From the NCBI GenBank assembly GCA_039811685.1, contig JBDHZC010000008.1:76707-140706 (forward strand): a DNA stretch of 64,000 bases. The letters are read 5' to 3'. Positions within the stretch are counted from its first letter, which is position 1, and the number at the start of each line of letters is the position of its first letter. This DNA is from Armatimonadota bacterium. Lineage in GTDB: Bacteria > Armatimonadota > UBA5829 > DSUL01. Positions 49,030 to 60,715 of this stretch are shown in pieces. Both the position numbers and the translations under genes were made by a program. A model generated the notes under the pieces. The model worked only from the letters and a program-made list of their open reading frames with translations, had not been told where the DNA came from and did no database searches.

Positions 49030-49353
49030 CTACAACTGATATTTCGGGACAGATGAATCAATCCGGTCCGACCAGGCGTCAATTCCACCAGCGAGATTAC
49101 GCACATTCTCGAAACCCGCTCTCTGAAGGATTTTCACTCCCTCAGCGCTCCTCCCGCCTGACTTGCACTGTACGATTGTCGGCCTTGCCGGGTCCAACTC
49201 ACCAACGCGCCCCGGCAACTCTCCGAGCGGGATATTGCGCCCGCCGATTGTGGCGATCTCGCACTCAAACACTTCCCGAACGTCCAGCAACTCCAAATCC
49301 GCACCGGAATCCAGCAAAGCCTTCAATTCTTCGACAGTAGCGTCATTAGCCAT
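49030..49353 (-). CDS. Stand-alone rhodanese domain protein (resembles the MoeZ/MOCS3 C-terminal domain)
   Basis: LLDVRE, IPLGEL, CKSGGRS active-site loop, NLAGGIDAWSDRID.SVPKY; ATG 49353 preferred. Confidence 0.85.
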   Translation of the reverse strand: MANDATVEELKALLDSGADLELLDVREVFECEIATIGGRNIPLGELPGRVGELDPARPTIVQCKSGGRSAEGVKILQRAGFENVRNLAGGIDAWSDRIDSSVPKYQL

Positions 49354-49512
49354 CGTTGTTTTTCTCAAGTTTCCTTTCTTGTAGTTCCCGCTCAGTTTTT
49401 CCGAAGCAGCCTGCCTGATTGAGGATATCGAGGATGTGCCGTGCTCAATGCAGGGCACGCGCAGGCGATGCAGAGCATGAGCTATCATTGACTGCAGGAG
49501 AAGCTACTTCTG

Positions 49513-50433
49513 ATGTTTGATATCTCGCGCAAAATCTTTACTGCCAGACAGGCTACGGCAGAGGCAACGCTGACAATCGCCGCTTCAACGCGAGACGCCA
49601 TCGCGCGCGGACAAGTCCCCAAAGGCGATCCTCTTTCCGTAGCTCGCGTCGCTGCGATTCAGGCAGCAAAGAACACATCGCAGATTATCCCCTACTGTCA
49701 TCCTTTGCCAACCGAATACGCAGGCGTGGAGTTTGAAGTGGGCGAGAAAAGCATCCGTGTACAGGCAACCATAAAGACGACCTACAAAACCGGCGTCGAG
49801 GTGGAAGCGCTCACCGCAGCATCCGTTGCCGCGCTCACGCTGTACGACATGCTGAAAATGCTGGATGACACGATGGAGATACAGAGTGTCCGGCTCATCA
49901 GCAAGAAGGGCGGAAAGGGCGACTTTCGCGACAATTTCGACAGAGAGCTGTCGGCAGCGGTGTTGGTGATGTCGGATACGGTCTCATCGGGGCAAAAGGA
50001 GGACAGATCGGGAAGGCTTATTGTGGATCGTCTGCAGCATGAAGGGCTCCGAGTTGAAGAATACCAGGTGATTCCTGATGATACGGACGCAATTCGAAGA
50101 GCCTTGGAACGATTTGCGGATGAGCTGCATCTCGATCTGATTGTCACAACCGGTGGCACCGGTTTCAGTCCCCGCGACACTACTCCTGAAGCGATGAATG
50201 GACTGTTTGACCGGGAGATTCCGGGAATTGCGGAAGCGCTGCGAGCTTACGGCCAGGAGCGAACGCCCTACTCTATGCTTTCCCGCGGGCGCTCAGGTAT
50301 TCGCGGAAACTCCCTGATCATCAACCTGCCAGGCTCTTCCAACGGCGTTTCAGAGTCCCTGGACATGCTCTTCCCGGCAATTCTGCACGCCTTTCCCATG
50401 CTTTGGGGCGGAAAGCACCCACCAGAACACTGA
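49513..50433 (+). CDS. moaCB: Bifunctional MoaC / MoaB-MogA fusion
   Basis: KGDPL.VAR.A.I.AAK.T..IIP.CHP, TGVEVEAL, YDMLK (MoaC); then EDRSG, TTGGTG.SPRD.TPEA, NLPGS (MoaB/MogA). Confidence 0.93.
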   Translation: MFDISRKIFTARQATAEATLTIAASTRDAIARGQVPKGDPLSVARVAAIQAAKNTSQIIPYCHPLPTEYAGVEFEVGEKSIRVQATIKTTYKTGVEVEALTAASVAALTLYDMLKMLDDTMEIQSVRLISKKGGKGDFRDNFDRELSAAVLVMSDTVSSGQKEDRSGRLIVDRLQHEGLRVEEYQVIPDDTDAIRRALERFADELHLDLIVTTGGTGFSPRDTTPEAMNGLFDREIPGIAEALRAYGQERTPYSMLSRGRSGIRGNSLIINLPGSSNGVSESLDMLFPAILHAFPMLWGGKHPPEH

Positions 50434-50437
50434 GACT

Positions 50438-51028
50438 GTGGCGATAGTTATTCTGGCGGGTGGGTTCAGCAGGCGGATGGGAAGTGACAAGGCGACGCTG
50501 GATATTGGGGGACAGACGGTGCTGCAGTCGCTGGTGGACAGATTTCACGCCGTCTCTGGAGAAGTGATTGTGGTTTCGCGGGAGGATCAGGCTCTGAGCG
50601 TGAGAGGGGCGAAGATCGTCCGTGACAACTATGCGAATGCCGGCCCCGTAGCGGGTTTGCATGCGGGGCTGGTGGCGGCTGAGGAGACCGTGAACTTTGT
50701 CATCGGCTGTGACTACCCTTTTGCCAGTAGAGAAGTCGCCAGAGCTCTGATCGGCGCTGTCGGACCACGGCTTGCGGCAGTGCCTGAAATCGGCGGACGG
50801 CTGCAACCGCTCTCTGCCGCCTACAGCAGATCCTGTCTGCCGGTTATCGAAGCTTTCATTGAATCTGGCAGACGACGGCTGACTGACCTGGTTGAAGAGA
50901 TGAGTTGCGTGCGCGTCAGCGAGGAAGATATGAAGCGCATAGATCCAACGCTGCAGAGCTTTCTGAACGTTAATACTCCTCAGGATTACGCAAAAGCGCT
51001 GGAGATCCTTGCTGGTTCATCAGAATGA
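50438..51028 (+). CDS. mobA: Molybdenum cofactor guanylyltransferase
   Basis: ILAGG.SRRMG.DKA, GPVAGL, CDYP, QPL.A.Y, F.NVNTP.D. Confidence 0.93.
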   Translation: MAIVILAGGFSRRMGSDKATLDIGGQTVLQSLVDRFHAVSGEVIVVSREDQALSVRGAKIVRDNYANAGPVAGLHAGLVAAEETVNFVIGCDYPFASREVARALIGAVGPRLAAVPEIGGRLQPLSAAYSRSCLPVIEAFIESGRRRLTDLVEEMSCVRVSEEDMKRIDPTLQSFLNVNTPQDYAKALEILAGSSE

Positions 51029-52256
51029 TGGGAACACTCTCCCCCGGCGCAACATCCCCGCGCTCTGACTCGATCACCGCGTAACAGTTGGCTCCGGTCA
51101 TCGAGCTGAGTTGATGTGAGCCTTGCGCGCGAGTTGGCAGGACGCTCAACCTGTCACCGACTTTCGTGATCACGGCCCGGACATACTCCTCGCGTCCGGG
51201 GACGTGGGAAATCGGCCGTTCTGCAACAGCCTCCAGAGCCTGCGGCAGCAGACGGCAATGCCCACCCATTTTCCGCAATGCCGGGCCCACAAATAGATCG
51301 AACGTCACCAGGGAAGACACTGGATTGCCGGGAAGTCCAAACAACGGCACAGAGTTGATCTGCCCGAAAGCAAACGGCTTTCCGGGCTTGACAGCGACAC
51401 GCCAGAAGTTGATGTCCCCCGTGGCGCTCAGCACGTCTTTCACAATGTCAGCCTCACCAACCGACACACCTCCACACGTTATGATGGCGTCTGCCTCCAG
51501 ACTCGCCGACTCAAGCGCCGCCCTCAGCTTATCCGCATCGTCGGGCACGTGAGCTACCGAGGCGACTTCTACGCCGAGAGCCAGAACCTGTCCCAGGGTG
51601 GAATAGCGATTGCTGTTGCGAGTCTGCCCGGCAGCTGGCATTTGTGAGGCTTCGACGATCTCGCTGCCGGTGGTTATGAGGGCGATGCGCGGGCGGCGAA
51701 AGACCGTCGGGTGAGTGTATCCCACGCCTGCCATCATTCCCATCTCAGCCGGACGAATGACAGATCCGCGGCCGACAACAATGTCTGCGCGGCGCACGTC
51801 TTCCCCAGCGCGCCGGACGTTCTCGCCCGGATCGACCGGACACAACACGTGCACGGACTCGCGAGAATCTGAGTGTGTGTCTTCAACCATAACCACGGAG
51901 TCGGCGCCGGGTGGCAGCGGTGCGCCCGTCATAATCCGCACAGCTTCCCCCTGCCCTATTGCCCCGGAAAAGACCACTCCGGCCAACTCTGTGCCTTTGA
52001 CCCTGAGCGCAACAGGAGTGGACTTTGAAGCGTAAACCAGGTCCCCGGAGCGCACCGCATACCCGTCCATTGCAGAGTTGTCAAAAGCGGGGATGTCAAT
52101 ATCCGCTCTGACGTCTTCGGCTGTCACCCGCCCGAGAGCTTCATCCAGACCGATGATTTCGATACCGAGAGGTTGAATACGCTCCAGAACCACTTTCTGC
52201 GCGGACTCAACTGAGAGAAGGACGCCAGACGGGATATGAGAATCACTCTTGGTCAT
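50970..52256 (-). CDS. moeA: Molybdopterin molybdotransferase
   Basis: FDNSAMDGYAV, RIMTGAPLP.GAD.VVM.E, GGVSVG..D, KPGKP, GLPGNPVS, QGSH.LSS. Confidence 0.96.
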   Translation of the reverse strand: MTKSDSHIPSGVLLSVESAQKVVLERIQPLGIEIIGLDEALGRVTAEDVRADIDIPAFDNSAMDGYAVRSGDLVYASKSTPVALRVKGTELAGVVFSGAIGQGEAVRIMTGAPLPPGADSVVMVEDTHSDSRESVHVLCPVDPGENVRRAGEDVRRADIVVGRGSVIRPAEMGMMAGVGYTHPTVFRRPRIALITTGSEIVEASQMPAAGQTRNSNRYSTLGQVLALGVEVASVAHVPDDADKLRAALESASLEADAIITCGGVSVGEADIVKDVLSATGDINFWRVAVKPGKPFAFGQINSVPLFGLPGNPVSSLVTFDLFVGPALRKMGGHCRLLPQALEAVAERPISHVPGREEYVRAVITKVGDRLSVLPTRAQGSHQLSSMTGANCYAVIESERGDVAPGESVPIILMNQQGSPALLRNPEEY

Positions 52257-52267
52257 AGGCGTTCACT

Positions 52268-52996
52268 TCAGTGGCGGAATAACATCATGACACCCAGAGC
52301 GGCCAGCAGCGCGAGAATGATGTAGCGAAAAGGACCGGGTCTGCACTTAGCGGCGGCGGCATCCCCGAGCCAGCTCCCAAGAACGACGGCGGGCAGCAGC
52401 ATCAGCCCTTTCAGAACGAGAGGCCCGCTGACATGCCCGGCGATAATATGCCCACTCAGACTCACACAGCCGGTTGTTGCAAAAATGAGATACAGGGCGC
52501 TTCGCGCGAGTTTGGGCTCGTGGGTGAGGTGTATATACATGGCGATGGGCGGGCCAGCCGTTCCGAATGCTCCTCCCATAATTCCTCCAGCCAGCCCCAT
52601 AGAGATTCCCTTCGCGTGTGTAGGCTCACCGAACAGGGCTTCCTTCACCAGAGCTTGAGCAGCCGCCGAAGCGATAATCACTACGCCAAGAACCCGCAGC
52701 GCCCACGTCGCGTCCATACTCGACAGGACGATGACACCAATGGGCGAGCCGACAGCCGCAGCGCAGATCATCGGGATCATGGCGCGGACATTGACCATCC
52801 GGCGATTCATCGTCAACAGAATTGCCGCGCAGGTGGTAGCTATCAGAATACACAGCGGAACGACTGTGTGCATGTCCCAAACCTGGGACAGCAGTGGCAC
52901 AGCAAACAGGTTGATGCCAAACCCCGAAAAGCCTTGCAGGAATGCTGCGCCACCAAGAATCATCAGCGCGATCAGCAGGCCGGTGTCGTATGTCAA
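52268..52996 (-). CDS. TauE/SafE (TSUP) family sulfur-compound transporter
   Basis: QG.SGFG...P, GG.MGGAFG..GPP internal duplication, about 8 TM helices. Confidence 0.85.
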   Translation of the reverse strand: MTYDTGLLIALMILGGAAFLQGFSGFGINLFAVPLLSQVWDMHTVVPLCILIATTCAAILLTMNRRMVNVRAMIPMICAAAVGSPIGVIVLSSMDATWALRVLGVVIIASAAAQALVKEALFGEPTHAKGISMGLAGGIMGGAFGTAGPPIAMYIHLTHEPKLARSALYLIFATTGCVSLSGHIIAGHVSGPLVLKGLMLLPAVVLGSWLGDAAAAKCRPGPFRYIILALLAALGVMMLFRH

Positions 52997-53100
52997 AATG
53001 GCCCTCTAGTGAAAAGTATTTCTCAATTCGAGCTTTGAGTGGAGAATACCTGCACACAGTGGGAGGAGAGAAGGGTCAGCGCGGCCAACCTGACTGTATT

Positions 53101-55368
53101 GTGCGTGTTGCAACATTGGCGTTCGCAGCGGTTCTAGTCCTGACAGCCAGTTTTTGCTCGCCTGGGTTCACCCGTAACCTTCTCAGCAACCCCGGGTTTG
53201 AAGGCCGGAGCTCGGGCGGCGGTACTCTGGAGGGCTGGAGCAGCTATGCAATGGAGGCAGAGCAAGCAAAGTTCTTCTCCACTTCACAGGGGCGCGCTGG
53301 CAAGCACAGCGCGGCGATCACGAATGAGGGCGGTGAGCGCGCGCTCCTGCAATCCTCCCGCATCCCCGTTGTCCCCGGCGAGAAACTAAGCGCAAGCGTC
53401 TGGGTGCGCGGCAAGGATTTCGCCGCAGGGCGTGGAGGTTCGGCGGTATTCACACTCGCGTGTCTGGACAGCGCCGGCCGCTACTTCAACTGGTTCCGCT
53501 TCGGTGAAAAGAACGTCGGCGCAACGTGGAGACAACTCCACGGACAAATGGTAGCGCCGGAGCGAACAGCTTTTGTGGTGATGCAGCTTGGACACAATCA
53601 CTCCAGCGGAACCCTGTTTTTCGATGACGCATCGCTCGAAGCCGAACGCGAGATGGTGATCCGGCTTGGCGTACGGGAAGAAATGCGACCCGGGAAAGCC
53701 ACTATTTCCGCAACGATAATCAACCGAAACCATTGGAAAGGTCTGGCGAAGCTGACAGTAACAGACGGCAAGGACGAAGGCGGAGAGCTTGTGCGATTAT
53801 CTGGCGCTGCTCAACAACGCTGCACGGTAGTCGTACCTTTGGCTTCTGGAGACAGAAAGCTCACGGCCTCTCTGACTGACCCTGCTGGTCAGGTCGTTGC
53901 AAGGTCACCCGAGGTGAGCGTACGCGTGCTGAGCGATCTGGAGATGGACCCACCGGTCCCGACACACTTTTGCCTGGAGGATGGTCAGCCGTATCTGTCC
54001 CAGAGGTTGTGGGTGCAGGCTTCGGCACAAGAGCTCAGAGGCGCAAAAATCCGCCTGGAGATGCGTTCTCCACTCTTTCCAGAGACTCCGCGTGCGGAGG
54101 TAGAGGCCAAACCGGGACGCGTGGACATCAGTCTCGAGGCTCCAGCGAAAACAGCAGATTGGGAACTGACAGCGTCTCTGATCTACCCTGACGGACGCAA
54201 GATAGTCTCCTCGCAGGACTGGCACGTCATCACCAGAGATCAGGCTCGAGTAGATCTAAACGACACGGGGTTTCCGGTGGTTGGCGGCAAACCGTTTTTT
54301 CCGCTCGGTACGTTTAATAGCGGCAAGTACGAGCTGATGAAGGAGACCGGATTCAACACTGTGCACGCATGGAACCGCGCCCGCACCACAGGGGGCCTGC
54401 ATCCGCGACACCAGCCAACGAAGGACTTTCTGGAGGATGCGCAAAAAGCCGGAATGATGGCGGTGTTGATGCTTCCGAGTTCGCTGGCGCAGGAGGGAGA
54501 CTGGCGGGAATACCGGCGCAGAATTCGAATGTTCCGCAATCACCCGGCGCTGCTTGCGTGGGACGAAGAGGAGGGCGTGGCGCGCGGCGAAATGAAGCCG
54601 GAGCTGCTGGAGAAGATGGTGGCGATTTTGCGCGAGGAAGACCCGAATCACCCGTTCTGCCTGGCGGATAGCTATGACGTGATCCGCAAGGTTGACAGAC
54701 GTAACTTCTTCGTTGACCGCCTGATGGATATCGGCATGTGGTGGTACTATCCGATTCCACTTGAAAACTCAGACGTCTCACCGCTGGATGGTCAGGATCA
54801 GCCTTTGCCAACACTGGAGCTGAGACCGCCAATTTTTCTGGCTGAAGCGCAGACCAAAAAGCCTCTGTGGGTGGGGCTGCAAGCCTACCGCAACAAGAAG
54901 CGGCCAGATACGAGGCTTCCGAATCCACAGGAATACCGGGCGATGGCCTATTTGACACTCATCTACGGCGCAAAGGGCCTGTTCTACTATATGGGGCCGA
55001 GCGCAGGGGTTGTCGAAGGGGAGAAGGACCCGCACCCGTGGGGATACCTGCACACGCTGGCGCCGGAGTTGGCCTCATTGGAGAACGTCCTCACTACTCA
55101 TCCAGCCTCACCGCCATCTGAAATGGACAGATCGCCGATAAGCTCCCGTCTTTGGGAAGTGGGGGGAGAATACACGCTGATCACCGTCAACCGGACGAAA
55201 TCCGCAGTGAGCACTGAGATCACCGCGCCATATGCGTCAGTTGTGCGCGTAAAATCAGAAGACAGGACGCTTAAGCCAACTAACAACGTCCTGCGTGACA
55301 GCTTTGAACCCTACGGGGTACACATCTACCAGTGGTCAGGTAAACCGCCTGCGGCCACCTCTGATTAG
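53101..55368 (+). CDS. Secreted CBM4/9-like + putative TIM-barrel glycoside hydrolase
   Basis: Signal peptide; NLLSNPGFE...FFDDASL (CBM-like); GKPFFPLG, GFNTVH, HPALLAWDEEE, DPNHP, KPLWVGLQA, GAKGLFYY. Start uncertain (53059 or 53101). Confidence 0.6.
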   Translation: MRVATLAFAAVLVLTASFCSPGFTRNLLSNPGFEGRSSGGGTLEGWSSYAMEAEQAKFFSTSQGRAGKHSAAITNEGGERALLQSSRIPVVPGEKLSASVWVRGKDFAAGRGGSAVFTLACLDSAGRYFNWFRFGEKNVGATWRQLHGQMVAPERTAFVVMQLGHNHSSGTLFFDDASLEAEREMVIRLGVREEMRPGKATISATIINRNHWKGLAKLTVTDGKDEGGELVRLSGAAQQRCTVVVPLASGDRKLTASLTDPAGQVVARSPEVSVRVLSDLEMDPPVPTHFCLEDGQPYLSQRLWVQASAQELRGAKIRLEMRSPLFPETPRAEVEAKPGRVDISLEAPAKTADWELTASLIYPDGRKIVSSQDWHVITRDQARVDLNDTGFPVVGGKPFFPLGTFNSGKYELMKETGFNTVHAWNRARTTGGLHPRHQPTKDFLEDAQKAGMMAVLMLPSSLAQEGDWREYRRRIRMFRNHPALLAWDEEEGVARGEMKPELLEKMVAILREEDPNHPFCLADSYDVIRKVDRRNFFVDRLMDIGMWWYYPIPLENSDVSPLDGQDQPLPTLELRPPIFLAEAQTKKPLWVGLQAYRNKKRPDTRLPNPQEYRAMAYLTLIYGAKGLFYYMGPSAGVVEGEKDPHPWGYLHTLAPELASLENVLTTHPASPPSEMDRSPISSRLWEVGGEYTLITVNRTKSAVSTEITAPYASVVRVKSEDRTLKPTNNVLRDSFEPYGVHIYQWSGKPPAATSD

Positions 55369-55518
55369 CCAGAAACTCTGATATCCGCTGCTTGCTGGCG
55401 GAAAAGTGGTTGTCTGTAAGGTGCAGAGCTTGTGCCACAGAGTCAACTGTGTGTCTGGCTTTGTGCTAAATGGCACTCCACCCCTGGCGTACAGTCTGGA
55501 GAGAGTGAGTCCGTGAAA

Positions 55519-57789
<2,271 letters not shown>

Positions 57790-57808
57790 GCAGCACGCAC
57801 ATCAGACT

Positions 57809-58651
57809 ATGTCCAGACCTGAGCACTCTGATCTGCGCAAAGCCACTGCCTCCGCACCCGTACTCCAGGTGCGTGAGAAAACCGGCAAGATTGTTGAAGA
57901 TGCGCTTGTCGTTGAAGAGCCGCTTGAGATTCGCCTGGGCGGACGAGCTTTCTCCGTCACGATGCGCACTCCGGGGCAGGACTACGATCTCGTGCGAGGC
58001 CTGCTCTTCACCGAAGGGATTATTCGGTCGAAGAGCGAGATCGGAGCCATTCAGTACTGCCACGACGAGAGCAGCGACACCGGCGAGTCCAACATCATCA
58101 ATGTCCACCTTGCCGGCGTTGAGGTTGCAGACCGGCTGTGGCAGAGAAATCTGATGGCGGGATCGAGCTGTGGGCTGTGTGGGAAAGCCACTATCGAGGC
58201 GCTTTCGGAGGCGGCTTCGCCCGTGAGGTGGAGCGCGCGCGTACGAGGATCGACTCTCTCTCAGCTTCCGGGCAAGCTGAGAAGCGCACAGGTAGTCTTT
58301 GAGCGCACAGGAGGGTTGCACGCAGCGGGCATCTTCGACACCAACGGGGAGGCGCTGGCCATCTGTGAAGACATCGGTCGGCACAACGCCACAGACAAGG
58401 CCATCGGACGGGGTCTGGACGAAGGGTGGATCCCGGCGAATGAACCGCTGGTGTTGTTTGTGAGCGGACGGGCCAGCTTCGAGATCGTGCAAAAGGCACT
58501 GATGGCCCAGATGGGATTTGTTGCGTCAGTATCCGCCGCCTCTCACCTGGCGGTTGAGCTCGCGGAGCAAAACAACATTGTCCTGATCGGCTTCCTGCGA
58601 GACAGCGCGATGACGGTGTACACCCTGTCAAACCGCGTCGTCCTCGATTGA
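57809..58651 (+). CDS. fdhD: Formate dehydrogenase accessory sulfurtransferase
   Basis: EEPLEI, TMRTPG, SSCGLCG, TGGLHAA, EDIGRHNA.DK, SGRASFE.VQK. Confidence 0.96.
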   Translation: MSRPEHSDLRKATASAPVLQVREKTGKIVEDALVVEEPLEIRLGGRAFSVTMRTPGQDYDLVRGLLFTEGIIRSKSEIGAIQYCHDESSDTGESNIINVHLAGVEVADRLWQRNLMAGSSCGLCGKATIEALSEAASPVRWSARVRGSTLSQLPGKLRSAQVVFERTGGLHAAGIFDTNGEALAICEDIGRHNATDKAIGRGLDEGWIPANEPLVLFVSGRASFEIVQKALMAQMGFVASVSAASHLAVELAEQNNIVLIGFLRDSAMTVYTLSNRVVLD

Positions 58652-58711
58652 CTGCAAAGACGTTTCTTGAACGGGCACTGCCTGCAAAAGCCCGGTTCAC
58701 CCTGTCCACAC

Positions 58712-58750
58712 AAGAAAAGCGCTCCAGAGTTGAGTGAACCCTGGAGCGCT
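58712..58750 (-). terminator. Rho-independent terminator for the 58795-60426 gene
   Basis: AGCGCTCCAG...CTGGAGCGCT stem with a TTTTCTT tract on the minus strand. Confidence 0.7.
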
Positions 58751-58794
58751 CGAAGAGATCAGCACAAAGCGTAGAGCCGTTGCTGGAACAGGAA

Positions 58795-60426
58795 TTACTG
58801 CATAAAGATGATGCCGTCCCAGACACCGTTCTGATTGGAATCGACAAACGGCTCACCTTCGTCCCAGCGCCCGTTTGCGTTGGTGTCAGTGAAAACTTCC
58901 TGGACGGCACGCATCACCCGGACATTTGAAGCTGGAGACGCGCCGGACACCAACTGCCCCGCTGCAGCAGAGCCAATAATCCCTGGCACAATCGCATAGG
59001 AGCCTTCGATCCCGGCCAGCGAGAAGCTGCTGAGGACCTGAACTCTCACCCCCATCTGAAGATTGGTCCCGTCCGGTGAGAATGTGCTGCCGTCAATAAC
59101 GCCCGACCCATCGTCGATATAGAAGAAGTGCCGCGTGTCATCGACATAGACAACCTTGCCCCACGCGACTCCATAGCGAGCTATGTTGTTGAGCCCGAAC
59201 TCACGAGCCCAGCCGTCAGGGTCGGATGTATCCAGAGCGCGAAAGACACCTGGTTGGGCGACGTAGAGTCTGGCGTCGTTTGGCTCGGGTTCAAGCGGGC
59301 CCCACGGGCCCCCGCCGATATTGCCGTTGCGAACGTAGATGGGCTTGGGAAGGGCAAACGGGCCGGATGACACATCCACCTGGACGGCGTTAATCTCTTT
59401 CTCTCCATTGCGCTTGACGTGCGTCCCGCCGTCGGCTGTCCTGTCCAGATTACCGACCACATGCACTTTGTCGCCCTGATGTACGGTCAATCCTACAGGC
59501 ACTCGAACACGGATCGCGTTGGAGTCGTCCTGAATGTAGAAACAGCGGTCGGTCAACTGGTCGGTTCCCGCAGTCACCACCTTACCTGAAATCTCAATGA
59601 GTGTTCCGTTAGCCGTGGCCTTCGCTTCGGCGATCGTCGCCGGGTTGGCCACCGTGACATCTCCCGTAACAACGATGTTGTCCACCCACATGTCGCCGGG
59701 AGCATCCTGATCAGGTATTCCCCGGTTTGAGGTGTAAAACGTGATACCACCAATGCGGTCAGGCTGTGTATTTGATACTGTCTTGATAAAAGGTTGTCCA
59801 CCACTGGGAGTGATTTCTGTCAGCGTCCCACCGCGCGGCCCAAACCAGATCCGATAGGTCTTGGCCGTCACGTCAGCGTCCACTTTGACAGTGTACCACG
59901 TATTCGGCTGGTAGGTTGCAGGACTGAGATCGTTAGTAATTCCGGTTGTTTTTGTCTGATAGGAGACGGCCCCCGGCCCCCCACCGATAGAGTAGTACTG
60001 CAGCCCCTCGAAAGTTATGCCTGTCGCCCAGTTGGCCCCCGTTGTCGGCGTGCTTCCGTTGGTCAGGCGCATGCCGAAACCGGCCGTGTTCTGGAAAAAG
60101 TAGGCGTCATACTGCGCAACAACGTGTCCACTGGTTACGGATGTAAAGCTCCGGTATATCGTGGTATTCAGATTACTCAGTCCGTTGTCGTCGTGGAGCA
60201 GCATCACGCGGTTGCCAGATGGCGGCGCGCCGTCAGCAACCGTACCGTAAATGTCAACTGCGTTAGCCCTTGCGCCCGACCACCCCGGAGGCAAAGTTGG
60301 CGGACTTGCAGTGTTAACCGGATCCAAGTCAAAATTGTCAGATAACACCGTCACAGTAGCCGCGCCCGCGAACGAGCAGAGCGCCAGCATTGTTGCCAGC
60401 GCTACCCCTGTCACCCACTTCTGCAT
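58795..60426 (-). CDS. Secreted lectin-like domain + tandem OB-fold-like tail + DxNxNG Ca-binding repeats
   Basis: Signal peptide; SDNFD...WYTV.VDAD...TY...VDNIVV beta-sandwich; TIAEAK...GKVVTA...FYIQD...GDKV...FFYIDDGSG; ends DTNANGRWD-EGEPFV-DSNQNGVWD. Confidence 0.7.
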   Translation of the reverse strand: MQKWVTGVALATMLALCSFAGAATVTVLSDNFDLDPVNTASPPTLPPGWSGARANAVDIYGTVADGAPPSGNRVMLLHDDNGLSNLNTTIYRSFTSVTSGHVVAQYDAYFFQNTAGFGMRLTNGSTPTTGANWATGITFEGLQYYSIGGGPGAVSYQTKTTGITNDLSPATYQPNTWYTVKVDADVTAKTYRIWFGPRGGTLTEITPSGGQPFIKTVSNTQPDRIGGITFYTSNRGIPDQDAPGDMWVDNIVVTGDVTVANPATIAEAKATANGTLIEISGKVVTAGTDQLTDRCFYIQDDSNAIRVRVPVGLTVHQGDKVHVVGNLDRTADGGTHVKRNGEKEINAVQVDVSSGPFALPKPIYVRNGNIGGGPWGPLEPEPNDARLYVAQPGVFRALDTSDPDGWAREFGLNNIARYGVAWGKVVYVDDTRHFFYIDDGSGVIDGSTFSPDGTNLQMGVRVQVLSSFSLAGIEGSYAIVPGIIGSAAAGQLVSGASPASNVRVMRAVQEVFTDTNANGRWDEGEPFVDSNQNGVWDGIIFMQ

Positions 60427-60501
60427 TGAAGATCTCTCCTTTCACTCGGCGTCTTTGTCTCACGGCAGATGGTCACGCGCCACGACAAATCGCGCCTACA
60501 C

Positions 60502-60513
60502 TAATACGTATTA
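60502..60513. promoter_or_regulatory. Putative LacI-family operator TAATACGTATTA (perfect palindrome)
   Basis: Perfect 12-bp CG-centred palindrome overlapping a possible minus-strand -10 (GATAAT, 18 nt from TTGACC at 60534-60539). Confidence 0.65.
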
Positions 60514-60599
60514 TCCCGCAACAGCAGCCATTTGGTCAACAGGATAAATGATCTTGTTTGATGACAATCCGCATTTCTACCTGCATTTTGGTTGAAATC

Positions 60600-60643
60600 T
60601 TGACACGAGCGCGACGCAGTCGTAAACTAGTTAATACGCTTTA
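60600..60643 (+). promoter_or_regulatory. Sigma70 promoter TTGACA-N17-TAAACT followed by operator TAATACGCTTTA (60632-60643)
   Basis: Consensus -35, 17-nt spacer and near-consensus -10; the operator lies over the expected transcription start. Confidence 0.7.
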
Positions 60644-60715
60644 GAAGGAGCCGGCACAGGCTCCAGTCCGTTTTCTGGCAGCAGCCAGAGACGCGAAGAG
60701 AAGGAGAGAAAGACA

